DNA from: the human T2T-CHM13v2.0 reference genome, Homo sapiens
NCBI RefSeq assembly: GCF_009914755.1
Contig: NC_060931.1
Length of the DNA: 64,000 nt
Strand: one strand, 5' to 3'
This document shows, piece by piece, positions 1 to 18,082 of the stretch. A model generated the notes under the pieces. That model saw only the letters and a list, made by a program, of their open reading frames with translations, was not told the origin of the DNA and did not search any database. Made by a program: the position numbers and the translations under genes. Within the stretch, counting starts at the first letter, position 1. The number at the start of each line of letters is the position of its first letter.

Positions 1-4340
<4,340 letters not shown>

Positions 4341-4344
4341 CAAC

Positions 4345-4715
<371 letters not shown>

Positions 4716-4969
4716 CAGAATCCTGATTTTTTATGTATAATCTAAATCTCCTTACAAATGTGTCCTTTTTTTTCCTCCCCACAAAACTATCCCTGCTTTT
4801 AATTCATTTGCTTTTGGAGTCTTTATTTCTCCTTTACTTAAATCATTACTTAATTTCAAGCATTTACTGAATCAATACATAACACATATCAGATGCAGGA
4901 CACCTTTCATATAAGTTACCTCACTGAATCGTTACAATTTAAAAAAATGTTTTATTATGAACATGTTCA

Positions 4970-5268
<299 letters not shown>

Positions 5269-5717
5269 TTTTTCAAACATATACAAAGTAGAGAGAACAG
5301 TGTAATAAACCCAATATTCCATTTCCCAATTTCAAAAGTTATCATCATACTGCCTACTCATTTTCCTCAACTCAACAAAACTGGATTATTTAAAAGCAAA
5401 TCTCAGAAACGGTAGTCTCATCTGTAAAAATGTTTCAGTGTATATCTCTAAAACATAGACTCTATATTTCCCATAATGAGAATATTATCAGCCTAAACAT
5501 CGATTAATACCAACTCCTTAATATCAAATATCCTGTCCATGTTCAAAGTCCTTGATGTCTCAATTAGTTTTAATAGTAACACATTGTGATGAGGAAAGAG
5601 AGGTTCATAGATTTAATACCTTTCTACACCATATTCAGTACACATCAAATTTCTCATTTGACACCCTGGTCCTCTTTCCATACAACTCAGCTGCCTTTTC
5701 ATAATGTTTAGAAAGAC

Positions 5718-5812
5718 ATATATATATAAAATATGTGTATATTAATATATGTTATTAATAATATATCATATATGTGTGTGTATATATACATATATATTAT
5801 ATGTGTGTATAT
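5718..5812. repeat. (TA)n/(TG)n low-complexity tract
   Basis: atatatatat...tgtgtgtgtatatata. Confidence 0.8.
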
Positions 5813-6344
5813 TATCTTACAAAAGTGGCCTTTTCTTTTCTGAGTACTTTAATTTCAGCTGAATAACATAAAGGTGTTTCGGTGTCTGGAACCTGAGACA
5901 GACTTTTATTCTATTAATCATTCACTGCCCACTATCACAAAATAGGTGGAAATATAAGATGCCAGTATAAGACACAAACTTCCATGGTGTCTGTTGTGCT
6001 CTAGTATCTAGTATTATCCATACTGGAGCCTCCTCTCAGGATACCGCAGTCATCATAAAGTGATGATAATGATGATGACCACAACAATAGGCTTCTACCA
6101 GGGAGAGACAGTATAGTCCCATGGATGAGTGAAGGATTACTGAGATGTTTACAATGAGCTTTAAACTTCCTAGGAGAAAAAGCTATACGGGTCAATCCTG
6201 GAAAGGTAAATGGGTTGCAAAACTGAATACTCCAGCAACCGCTTTTATTCACATACCTTACACCACATGAGATAAAAGAAATTAAAATATAAGCCATGTT
6301 GTCATCACAGTCACCTACATTTTAAAAAGCAGACGTATTTGTAA

Positions 6345-6700
<356 letters not shown>

Positions 6701-6792
6701 TAACAACGAAATAAAGAGCTGTTTGAAAATAATATTTAAAAGTTATAGAACACAAATCAAACAAGAAACAAAATAGATTCCTTTATACTGAC

Positions 6793-6846
6793 CTTCAAAA
6801 ATATTGTTCTAAGCTCAGCTGGATCTGCTCTCTTGGTTAAAGCCAC
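6793..6846 (-). CDS. SLC25A13: SLC25A13 exon 2 (54 nt, VALTKRADPAELRTIFLK)
   Basis: Minus strand: atgtttatttatag|GTGGCTTTAACCAAGAGAGCAGATCCAGCTGAGCTTAGAACAATATTTTTGAAG|gtcagt. Canonical AG/GT, in frame with exon 1. Too short for the ORF track. Confidence 0.97.
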
Positions 6847-7194
6847 CTATAAATAAACATAAAAATGTTTATGTTATTACAACAAAGCTGAGAAATCAAG
6901 CTAGCCGACTAAAGGAAAATAAATCTCAGATTAAAAATTAGTGCATTTCATTTTTGTACTTAAATACCATGTTGCCCCAGTGCATAAACTATGCCCCCTT
7001 CCCATTTTAAATTAGACTCCTTATGCAGCTTCTAAAATGATAAAATTTTATGCAAGGAACCAGTAGCAAAATCTCTTAATATCTAATGTTGAATGTATAT
7101 CATTTCTTAAAAAGAAAAGGTGAAACATTGCAAACACCTGTCATTTTTTACTTATAATCCAGTGTAAACCATGCCCTTTCACAGGAGAATTTAA

Positions 7195-7528
<334 letters not shown>

Positions 7529-8328
7529 AAGAGAACATATTTCTTAAAGAAGTCAGTGAACTAGGGAAATCATATTAACTCAAGGGAGTTACTTCTCACA
7601 GTTTCACCATGAACAGGCATGTATACCTCACTACCTGGGCATGCCAAAGAACCTCTCCTCCTCTCCTCAGTTTTTAATTAATAAATCATAGGTCTCCAAA
7701 GGTATGATATTATTCTACATATTTTAGAAATACAAGTGGCTGTGGTTATCTTTGAAGAGCAAAAATTGACAGATTAGCTCAGAATGGGTGTTGTGCTTAA
7801 TTCTGCAGGCCACAAAGTCCAAAAACATTGCTGGGGAAAAGCAAGACAAACTTCAACATGGCTTCCTCAGGCCAACACAAAAGAGCCCTTATGTGGAACC
7901 AAACAGTGGGTTTATTCAATGTCCCAACACCCAATCCTCCTAGCAAAAAACATCATGAGACTGGGTTCCCACCAAGCACAGAGCCACCCCATGATGAAGC
8001 CAAGGAGAGGTTCCTGGAACCACCCAACACTGGACCCATGTTGCTATCCACAGGGAAACTTATGCAAATTGTCCTAAATCCCTTCTGTGAGCTAGTGAAG
8101 GCTGTTCTGAGATCTTTGGACAATGAGTTCTCTGTCTCTAAATATGGAACTGCCTGAGCTCCTAGGCTCTCCACTGTCAGGAATAATTTTATTAACTAAT
8201 CACTAGAATGGGAGTAGTCTTTCTGAAACCAGATGGTTGGTCACCTTGTTTCCCAAAGCAAGACTGATAACTCTTCATTTCAGCTGAGTGCTTGTAACCA
8301 CCAAGGCTATTCATAAGAATTTGTAATA

Positions 8329-8628
<300 letters not shown>

Positions 8629-9569
8629 TGAATTTTTAATCTTTTTAAAAATCCTGAATTAGTAAGTGTTCTCTGCTGTTCAATAGAGGAGAAGAAAATG
8701 TACTGCTAGTTAACCTAAGATGAATGACTCTGCTGCCCTAAAAGCTTCAGAGAGGACTCCCTCCTCTCAGGTCTCTATTCTGAGAAAGGTAGGGTAGGAC
8801 GAACACAAGAGAAGATGGGACAGCATAAAATGCCCCCATCCTCCACTTTAAGAGCAGAAAAATCTCCTCCTTGATGGTAAGAGTCCCACATCTCATGGAA
8901 GTACATAACACTTTTTTCAAAAGCATATGGTACCCTAAGTTCTTAACTGTTTTCCTCTTAAAAGCAAAATAAATTTTCCACAAAATGAAGTATTCTTCGT
9001 AATTCTAAAATAGAATTAATTCTTTATGCCATGAACTTTGTAAGGTCTTGCCTGGGCAATGCTATTTCAGAGTGAACCTCCCCTGCCCTCAATTTTCATA
9101 GCACATTTCTGCTTAAGGATCCTGAAATGTATATTCAGTGCTCCCCATCAGAACTACACCTCAAAGGGGGAAAAAAAGTGTTCACTTTGTAACCTTCTCA
9201 GGGTCTAGGGCAGAGAACACAAATCAAAACAAAGACAGAGAATGACCCAACACTTATAAGGCATGTTGCCTAACATTTACAGTTTTCTAAGCAAGACTAT
9301 TATCTCGTTGGATTCTCACTGCAAATCAGTCAGATAAGATGGATATTACTGCCCTAATTTTACAGAAGAGGAAACCAAAGCTCAGAAAGCATCAATTATT
9401 TCCCCCAAAAAGTCAGATTAAGTGCCAATCTGTGCTGACATTTCTAAATGTTTTCTGAGCTGAGATCAGATCCCAAATATTCCATCTCTTACCGTAGTGG
9501 CCTTCCTACAGACCCACATTACAGGCAGCTTCAAAGTGTTGATAACTTGCATTAGCTGGCAATATAATA

Positions 9570-9932
9570 CAGTCATGCATCACTTAACAACAGGATAACA
9601 TTCTGAAAAATGCATTGTTAAGTGATTTCATCATTGTGTGAACATCATATAGTGTACTTATACAAACCTAGATGGTGTAGCCTACTACATACCTAGGCAA
9701 ATGAGATAGCCTATTGCTCCTAGGCTACAAATCTATACAGCATGTTCCTATACTGATTACTGTAGGCAACTGTAAAACAAGTATCTAAACATAGAAAAGG
9801 TGTGGTAAAAATATGGTTTTAAAAGATAAAAAGTGGAACACCTGTACAGGGCAGCTCCACTATAATTTATGGAGCCACCATCATATATGCAGTCCTTCAT
9901 TGATGAAAACATCCTTATGTGGTACATAACTG
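9570..9932. mobile_element. Tigger3a/MER7-type non-autonomous DNA transposon
   Basis: Begins ta|cagtcatgcatcactta and ends ttatgtggtacataactg (degenerate TIRs). Internal tacaaacctagatggtgtagcctactac is typical of this family. Confidence 0.7.
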
Positions 9933-10026
9933 CAATATAGTACAAGCCTAAAAATCAAAACTCTCCCAATTTCTCCTAACAGTGTGTAGTGTCTGTCCAA
10001 TGCTGTGATTAAGGACATGATCTTAC

Positions 10027-10150
10027 AGGAATGGTGGCTCATACCTATAATCCCAGCACTTTGGGAGGCCAAGGTGGGAGGATCACTTGAGCCCTGGAGT
10101 TTGAGATTAGCCTGGGCAACATAGTGACACCCCATCTTCATTAAAAAAAA
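10027..10150 (+). mobile_element. Alu monomer (FLAM-like), followed by a MIR remnant to ~10375
   Basis: Left-arm-only Alu with A-tail; MIR core ctcactttcctcatttataaaatgggg. Confidence 0.8.
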
Positions 10151-11075
10151 AGAACATGGCCTTAGTGTCAGATCATCCTCAAATAGGGAGCAGGACCAAC
10201 CTCATAAACTCACTGGCCATGTGACTTGGAGGCCCTGACCTCTCAGCCTCACTTTCCTCATTTATAAAATGGGGAGTCCTAGACAGCTAGAAAAGTAATA
10301 TGAGATAATTACACAAAGTGCTTAGCACCAAAAGGGCCACACAGTTAAAGTGCTCAATAAATGGTATCTATTACTATTTGTATTATTTATCCAAAGATGT
10401 TTATGTTCTACCATGTTTACTCCTTAAGAAATCTAAATGATGGGTAAACTGGCTCATAATTTAGAAGGGATAAATTAGCAAAAGAGAAGAGAAACTCATG
10501 GGTCTTCAAACACACTCACCAAACCACTAAATAAACATTGTGGCCATCCTAACTGATAATTGTCTCAGCTACCCTACCCCCAACCCAGAGTTCCAGGTAC
10601 AGCAAATGGTTAATGATCACCACAAGATTTCTCTGAGGCCCACTAAAATTTGGCTCAGGTCCTGGTACATTCTATTTAAGGATAGATAAGTATGGTTCAA
10701 CAGGGGATGGATTCAGAAAAATTACTACCAGCCTCCTGGGCCTCATCTCTATAGTAATTCCATCTATTATTCACCAGTCAAATGCTGTGTGGCTGTTCGG
10801 AATTTCCATTTATACTGCTACCTCCCATTCCTATCTTCTTGTTTTAAGTGTCATTTGCTATGAATGAAGAACACTTACACAACTTAATTGAAGACAATGC
10901 AAAGTTACCATGAGATGTACCAGTTTTTTAAAGGTGTATTTCAATGAATTCTACCTGGTGGCAAAACCAATACCCAGGAAGTTCTATGAGCTGGAAAAAG
11001 GAAGCCACAGAAATGTAGCCACCCTTTTAAAGTCAATTCAGAACAGCTGTCCAGCATGCATACTTTGCATCACAT

Positions 11076-11160
11076 AAGCTTGGGATTATTAGACTTAGTT
11101 CATTCTTGGGCTTTAGAAGCCTGGAATTATTAGACTTCGTTCATTCTTGGGGTTTAGAAG
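11076..11160. repeat. 41-bp tandem duplication (2 copies)
   Basis: aagcttgggattattagacttagttcattcttgggctttag / aagcctggaattattagacttcgttcattcttggggtttag. Confidence 0.9.
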
Positions 11161-11499
11161 AGTCATCAAACTTTAGATTGTTTCCAGAAGGCTTACTTTC
11201 ACTGTTACATTTTTTTCTCATATATTAATAGCATGCAAATATTTACAGCTACTATTGTTATAACTGCCTGATTTTCTTTATGATTCTTCTTCTGAATTTG
11301 CATTTGTAAGAATGGATTCCAACATTAAAACAAAAATTTTATATCAAGAATTTTAAATCAAGTAACTGGTTTTCAAACATACAGAGTAATTCACTAAGAA
11401 GAAAGGGGTCCTTTACAGATTACTATGAAATATTATTTGCTAACAAGATAAAGAATTTTGTTGAAATTTGATAACATTTTACTCTGATTCCAAATTTAA

Positions 11500-11898
<399 letters not shown>

Positions 11899-12644
11899 TA
11901 AATTTAGTATGGAAATTTCAGGTCGATTCAATGAGTCTATGCTCCACAGGAGCAAAATTTGAGAATCACTGAATATGTAAAACTTTTTGACAAGATAAAC
12001 ACTGGTTATAATTGTGTAAGTCATCAATAGCGTTTGCAAAACACATACTAGGTAGGTACATCCTAGAAATAAAAAGAAAAACAATAACACAATTTCAAGA
12101 ACTGGTGTTTTTAAAAAGGCAGGGGGTAGGGGAGAACATGGCAAGAAGAATACAAAAGTCATCTTTCAGGACAAATGAATTCACTCTCCTAATATGAGTT
12201 AGAGCAGCCATAGGTAGGGGGTCACCAGAAAATTCCTACCTGTAGGAATATTTTTTAAACAGACTTTCTTACAAGGGAATCAAGCCACAGTTGCAGGCTC
12301 ATTACTTTAACAAATCACAGTGGTATAGAATGGTGTATTCAAAATAGTTGTCAGATCTAAGAGAGGATGGTGGGGAAGAATATAAGAAAACCTACACGAA
12401 AATAAGAAATGCTAATTTGAAAAATAAAATGCAAAGAAAAGCAAAGCTCTCCTCTTTCACTGGGAGGCTGTAGAGATGTGAGACCACCATCTCTGTGAGG
12501 GCACCTTACTCCTCAGATCAACCCCAACTCTGGCAAAGATCAGGAAACAAAGTAGATTCTCTGGAAGTGCTGAATATAGAATAAAGTCTTTCAGGTCAGT
12601 AAAAATCTGACATTTACAATGAAAATAGGCAACTCTCTTCAGAC

Positions 12645-13021
12645 CAATGGTTCTCAAAGTGTGGAGACCATCAGCATCACCTGGGAACTTTTAAAAATAC
12701 AAATTATCACACCCATCCCAGACCCAAAGAATCAGAAACTGGGTGAGGCCCAGCAATCCCCTATGATTTAACAAGCCCTCCAGGTGACCCTGATGCAGTT
12801 AAAGTTTAAGAACCACAGCTTTAGATAATGTCCAATTTTAATGTACGGATTATAAGATGTAGGTTCTCAGTCCTCGCTGCATATTCAAGTCCCCTGAGGT
12901 GCTTTTAGGTTTTACAAAACCCAAACCATACCAAAGGTCAATCAAATGAAAATTTCTAGAATGGATATCTTTAGAGCTCCCTCAAGAAATTACCATGTGT
13001 GGGTGGACTGAGAACAACTGC
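12645..13021. mobile_element. MER5A (12645-12818) and adjacent MER5-like (~12858-13021) hAT-Charlie elements
   Basis: caatggttctcaaagtgtgg...aagtttaagaaccacag TIR-like ends; catcagcatcacctgggaac. Confidence 0.7.
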
Positions 13022-13379
13022 GTTAGGACCCGAGGCCCAACCTCAGCTGCTACGTCACCAACTGTACAGCACAGCCCTTCCTCAGCAATACTTCCCCAGT
13101 CACCCTCCCAAACCTGAAACATCTGAAAGCCAAGACAAGCACAGACTTACACTGAAAATTCTACTATCATAAAGTAAATATTTGCCTTAGATAAGAACTA
13201 CAAACTCAAAGAGGTAGCTCATCAAAAGCAAGCTTCTGGGTGTGTGTGTGGGTGGGTGGGTGTAAATAAGCATGCAGTGACAAGCAGGAAACGGAGAGAG
13301 AAGGAGAAACAGTCCTGCATAGTCTTTTGAACCTGAGGAAATAGTGCAGTAGATGGCCCTGAATCCCAAAGAAAAGTAT

Positions 13380-13890
13380 TCTTGGGTGTAACCTAACCAC
13401 TTAGAAGCAGGGGCCCACCCTCCTTCTTTATCTTCCTATACTAAAGACACTAGAAGGCTGAAACTACAATTCCCAGACTCCCTTGCTGCTATGCGGCCTA
13501 TGTGCCATCAATTAGATGAAATTGAGTGAGATTTGGCAAATGTTTGGGAGTTGGGGGGCACCTTCTGCTGTTTCTGCCAAGCACGCACCATTGCTGGAAG
13601 TGTCTAGTTTTCCTGTGGCAACCTCCTGCCCTCCCATGTCAGTGGCCACATGGTCCTGAAACACTCTCCACTTGGCAGGCAGCATTGTGACTGCACAGGA
13701 GGTCACTGCTGTCTTGGTGGCCTGCTCTGCTTGAGACTCTAGACGTCATTCTTTAGAGCTCAACCTCAAGTCTGTTTCTTTACCTTCCCAACAAATTGTG
13801 TAAGCCATTTAATATCCTGTAATAAATCTCTCTCTGCTTAAACCAGCTAGAGTAGATTCTGTTCTCTGCGAGTGAGCCCTGACTGATACA
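13380..13890 (+). mobile_element. Old ERVL-type solo LTR (LTR33-like)
   Basis: tcccagactcccttgc...aataaatctctctctgcttaaaccagctagagt...ctgactgataca LTR 3' end. Confidence 0.55.
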
Positions 13891-14899
13891 ATCAGTAATT
13901 GCAAAAGAAAGTTTGGAATTCCCTAAAACCACAGTTACCATTAACTTGAGAAGAAGAAAAAGGTATCTCAAACTTAAGAAAATAATTTTTTATTGAAACC
14001 ACTGAGTCACTCATCCTTCATCCTACAGTTTCCCTACGACCTAATAAATGAAGAGCAGTCATTATGGGAAAAGTTACTGAAATATAAATTAGTACAAAGA
14101 CAAGATGCCCTGTTAAGCATTCTTCAAACCACAACATTTCTATGTAATCAGCTGGCAAAACTTCATTTCACTCAACAGTTGACTTATAAAGTATCAGACA
14201 CCACAAATGTTAACCCACTGGGTAATTACATCAGCGAGTCATTTCAGAGGCACTAGAGATGTTTATCAGAAGGATTCAGTAGGTTGTGATGTATGTTAGA
14301 TTTCACTCTGCTCTGTTGTAGAACATAAACTAGAAAGCCATCATCATTAAAATTCTGATATTAAGAGGCAGAGTATAACAGTTAAGAATGAATGGTGGTG
14401 TTTTAGCTGGGTTCTGTTATGCCAAAAGAGCCTGAAACATACTAGTTCTGGATTTTACTATTATTGTTATTAAGCTGACCTCTACCTGCTAGATGGGAGT
14501 AGCAACCCCTTCCCCAACAAGCTGCAACAACCAAGAAACTGTCTCCAGAGGTTGCTAAAAGAAATCCTCTTGGGGGCCAAACTACCCCACCCCCCAGCTA
14601 ACAACCACTCCTTAGATGGTGATGCTCTACTTGCTCATCCATGCAACACAATCACCTATGGGAAAGCTGCAGTGTACTAGGCCCAGCGCCAGGCACCGAG
14701 GAGAAAACACCCAATAAATCAGAAACCCTGCCCCAAGCAGGGAAAGCTGACTTATCGACAAGTGGTTGGTACAAAATGTATGATGATACATGCTATCATA
14801 AGGCAGAGTGGCAGGAGAATTAATACACTAATTCTGCTAAAGTTGAGGGTCACAGAGGCAGTCTTTGGAGCCGGATCACTTATTATTAATTATAACGAT

Positions 14900-15120
14900 A
14901 ACAATGACCAGCTAACTTTTACTGGGTCCTTAACTCTATGCCAGGCATTATGCTAATGGCTTTTTATCTTATTTCATTTATATACTGTATCATTAAAACT
15001 CTTTAAGGGGAAGAGTGAGTAATATCCCCACTTTTCAAATAAAGAAGCTGAGGTACTAAAGAGTCTTAAATGAATACCAGTAGATCACACAGCCAGAAAT
15101 GACCCCTGAGCTCAGGTTAT
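14900..15120 (-). mobile_element. MIR remnant (a second MIR lies at ~15890-16100)
   Basis: Core motifs cccacttttcaaataaagaagctgagg and cattttacagatgaggaaactgaggcacagagagg. Confidence 0.7.
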
Positions 15121-16174
15121 TTAGACACTAATTATAATACCTGAAGGATATTCCCAGAGTTTAGCAAGCAAAAAGGGGGACTTTAAAGCTACCTTTAAGA
15201 ATGGAGACACTGGACAACATTGTAATTGTAACCAATTTAAAATAAATTCTTTTTAATTTGGCATTATGATTCATAAATGCCCATGGCTCAGTAGAAGGCA
15301 GAAATGCCTAGTGCAGAATATTATTCTCCAGTATTTTATGCTGAATTCAGTCTCAATTTTTGTAAGCATCAAGGTTACAGTATAATTAGGAACCAGCTGC
15401 AATTGTAATTACCACGCCCAATATAATTTGTTACATATTAGCAAGTGTCAAATTACTACTGCTCCTTAAATGAATAAAAACTGATTGTGCTATTCTGAAG
15501 ACTGGGGCTATGTTCCTGATGGGGAACAAAGGAATATAAAAAGTATATGACGTATTTATAAAGTGCTGAAAAGCTCTACTTAGGAGATCACAAGTTGCTG
15601 AAGCCCAGATAATGCCATAAAAAGTTAAACACTTCTGAGAGAGAAAAGCTAATTTAATAAATACAGAGGAAGAGGAAGCCAAAAATGAAAGGACAATAAA
15701 GAAGTTGCTTCCATTAAATATGCCTTACCTGTCCAAATTCCTGCTATCAACCTCATCTAACTGAAGCACGTCAAGAACCAGAAGGAAGCAAAAAGGAAAA
15801 GGAAAGGGGCTCTCTGCACAGCTGGAGGCTCATCTCAAAGACGACACACCATCTCACTTGAGTGAGCCCTCCTGGGCCCTATTCCACAGCCCACAGCTTT
15901 TGACATGACTCTAATGCTTTGCAAACATTAGCTTACTGACACTCTCAACAGCCCTGAGGAGTAGACACCGTTATGTCCATTTTACAGATGAGGAAACTGA
16001 GGCACAGAGAGGTTGAGTAACTTCCCCAAGTCACACAGTTAGCAAGTGGCAGAGCCCTAATTTGATTGCAAATCTATGATTTCAGCCATTATGTGACACT
16101 GTCCTTCAGAGGAAAAGAAAGCACAGTATTGAGCAGGCAAGAGAATCCAGAGATCAAAAGAAAATTAGGACACA

Positions 16175-17047
16175 AGAGTCTGATTTCTGAGCATCCCCCA
16201 GTCTGACCTTCAGGGCAAGGGCAGGGAGCTTCCCATTTCAGATACACCTGTGGTTATGACAGCCCAGTGCTTCTGGCCCTCCTTGCTGTTCCCGGTTCTC
16301 CTCCCTTCTCCCAACCTTCTTACTGGTGTAAGAATAGAGAGCCTTGGGCCTGTGTGGCCAGACTTCTGACCTCTTGGGCAACTGCAGGATGGAGACTGCT
16401 TGCCTTTTGAGCCTCAGCTCTCTTCCTCTTGTTCTCCTACGATGGGAGTACAGCAGCCAAACGGTAGAGAGCCTTGGGCCTATGTGGCCAGACTTCTGAC
16501 CTCTTGGGCAACTGCAGGATGGAGACTGATTGCCTTTTGAGCCTCAGCTCTCTTCCTCTTCTTCTCCTAGGATGGGAGTACAGCAGCCAAACGGTGAGCT
16601 TAGTCCCATCCACTTCCATCTTCTCTTTTGTGCCCTTCATCCCTCTGCATTTTGTTCTTTTTGCCCTCTGATACCTCCTAGTGCCCTATCATCTCTACCC
16701 CCAGGGACTCAGGAGATCATGCAGCAGAAGCAGAAAAAGGCAAACGAGAAGAAGGAGGAACCCAAGTAGCTTTGTGGCTTCACTCCAATCTCTCTTGCCC
16801 TTCACTTGTGTGCCTGGAGCCAGTCCCACCACACTCGCATTTCCTCCTGTAGTGACCACAGGTCCCAGCACCGATGGCTTCCCTTTGCCATGAGTCTGCG
16901 GTGGGTCCCTTTTGTACTTCCTTCCCCTCAGGTAGCCTCTCTCCCTATGGGCCACTCCTGGGGTGAGGGGGTTAGCCCTTCCCAGTGTTTTTTATTCCTG
17001 TGGGGCTTAAAAGTATAAAGGTAGCTTTGTAATTTAAAAAAAAAAAT
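16175..17047 (+). pseudogene. SERF2-derived 5'-truncated retrocopy retaining intron sequence, in SLC25A13 intron 1, antisense to the host gene
   Basis: Encodes ...EIMQQKQKKANEKKEEPK* (stop 16767-16769), the SERF2 C-terminus, followed by a SERF2-like 3' UTR and poly(A) from 17036. An 18-bp TSD aaagaaaatta(g/a)gacaca flanks it at 16157-16174 and 17048-17065. The last exon is preceded by intron-type sequence (…ctacccccag|) rather than the upstream exon. Confidence 0.88.
16336..16595 (+). repeat. 130-bp tandem duplication within the SERF2 retrocopy
   Basis: Copies at 16336-16465 and 16466-16595 differ at 4 positions. Confidence 0.95.
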
Positions 17048-17069
17048 AAAGAAAATTAAGACACATCAG

Positions 17070-17640
17070 TTGTAATGCATGAACCTTATATACATCACAA
17101 TTCAACAACTATTTAAAAAATTTTAAGACAATACGGGAAATGTGTACAATGTGTACAGAACACCTATTTGAAGATATTGAAGAATTATTATAATTTTTTA
17201 AAGTATAATAATGATATTGTGATTGTGCTTTGAAGAAATCTTGTTTAGAGATACATAAAATATTTACAGATAGGATGGCTGAGTTTGCTTTGAAAAACAT
17301 ATGGGGATGAATTAGCCAGGCATGGTGGCATGTGCCTGTAGTCCCAACTACTCAGGAGGCTGAGGTGGGAGGACTGTTGGTTGAGACCGCAGTGAGCCAT
17401 AATCGCGCCACTGCACGCCAGCCTGGGTGACAGAGCAACATCCTGTCTCCAAAAACAAAAATTTAATTAAAAAAAAAAAAGTAGGGATGGAAGGAGGAAA
17501 GAGGGCATGGCATAAATGAAACAATATTGAGGACATAAATTGATGATTACTACTGGCTAGATAGGGAGATGAGGGTTAATTATACTATTCCAGTTTTGCA
17601 CTTTTTGGGAAATTTCCATAATGAGAAGTTTAAAAAATGA
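17070..17640 (+). mobile_element. Old L1M 3' remnant with an inserted Alu right-arm fragment (~17311-17480)
   Basis: Typical L1M 3' UTR motifs (tatactattc...ttggaaatttccataat); Alu attagccaggcatggtgg...A-tail. Confidence 0.6.
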
Positions 17641-17748
17641 TGCTGTTCTTTCAAGGACTAAGTCAAATGCCTCTTCCTCCAGGATTCTCCAACCAGATTC
17701 CCCTCATAGAATGTTTCCTATTTCATGAGCTTTGCAATGGAACATTTA

Positions 17749-18082
<334 letters not shown>

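Noticed and set aside
7784-8174. Cluster of ~100-aa ORFs considered as a possible processed pseudogene
   Set aside because: No protein similarity that I recognise, and no poly(A) or TSD.
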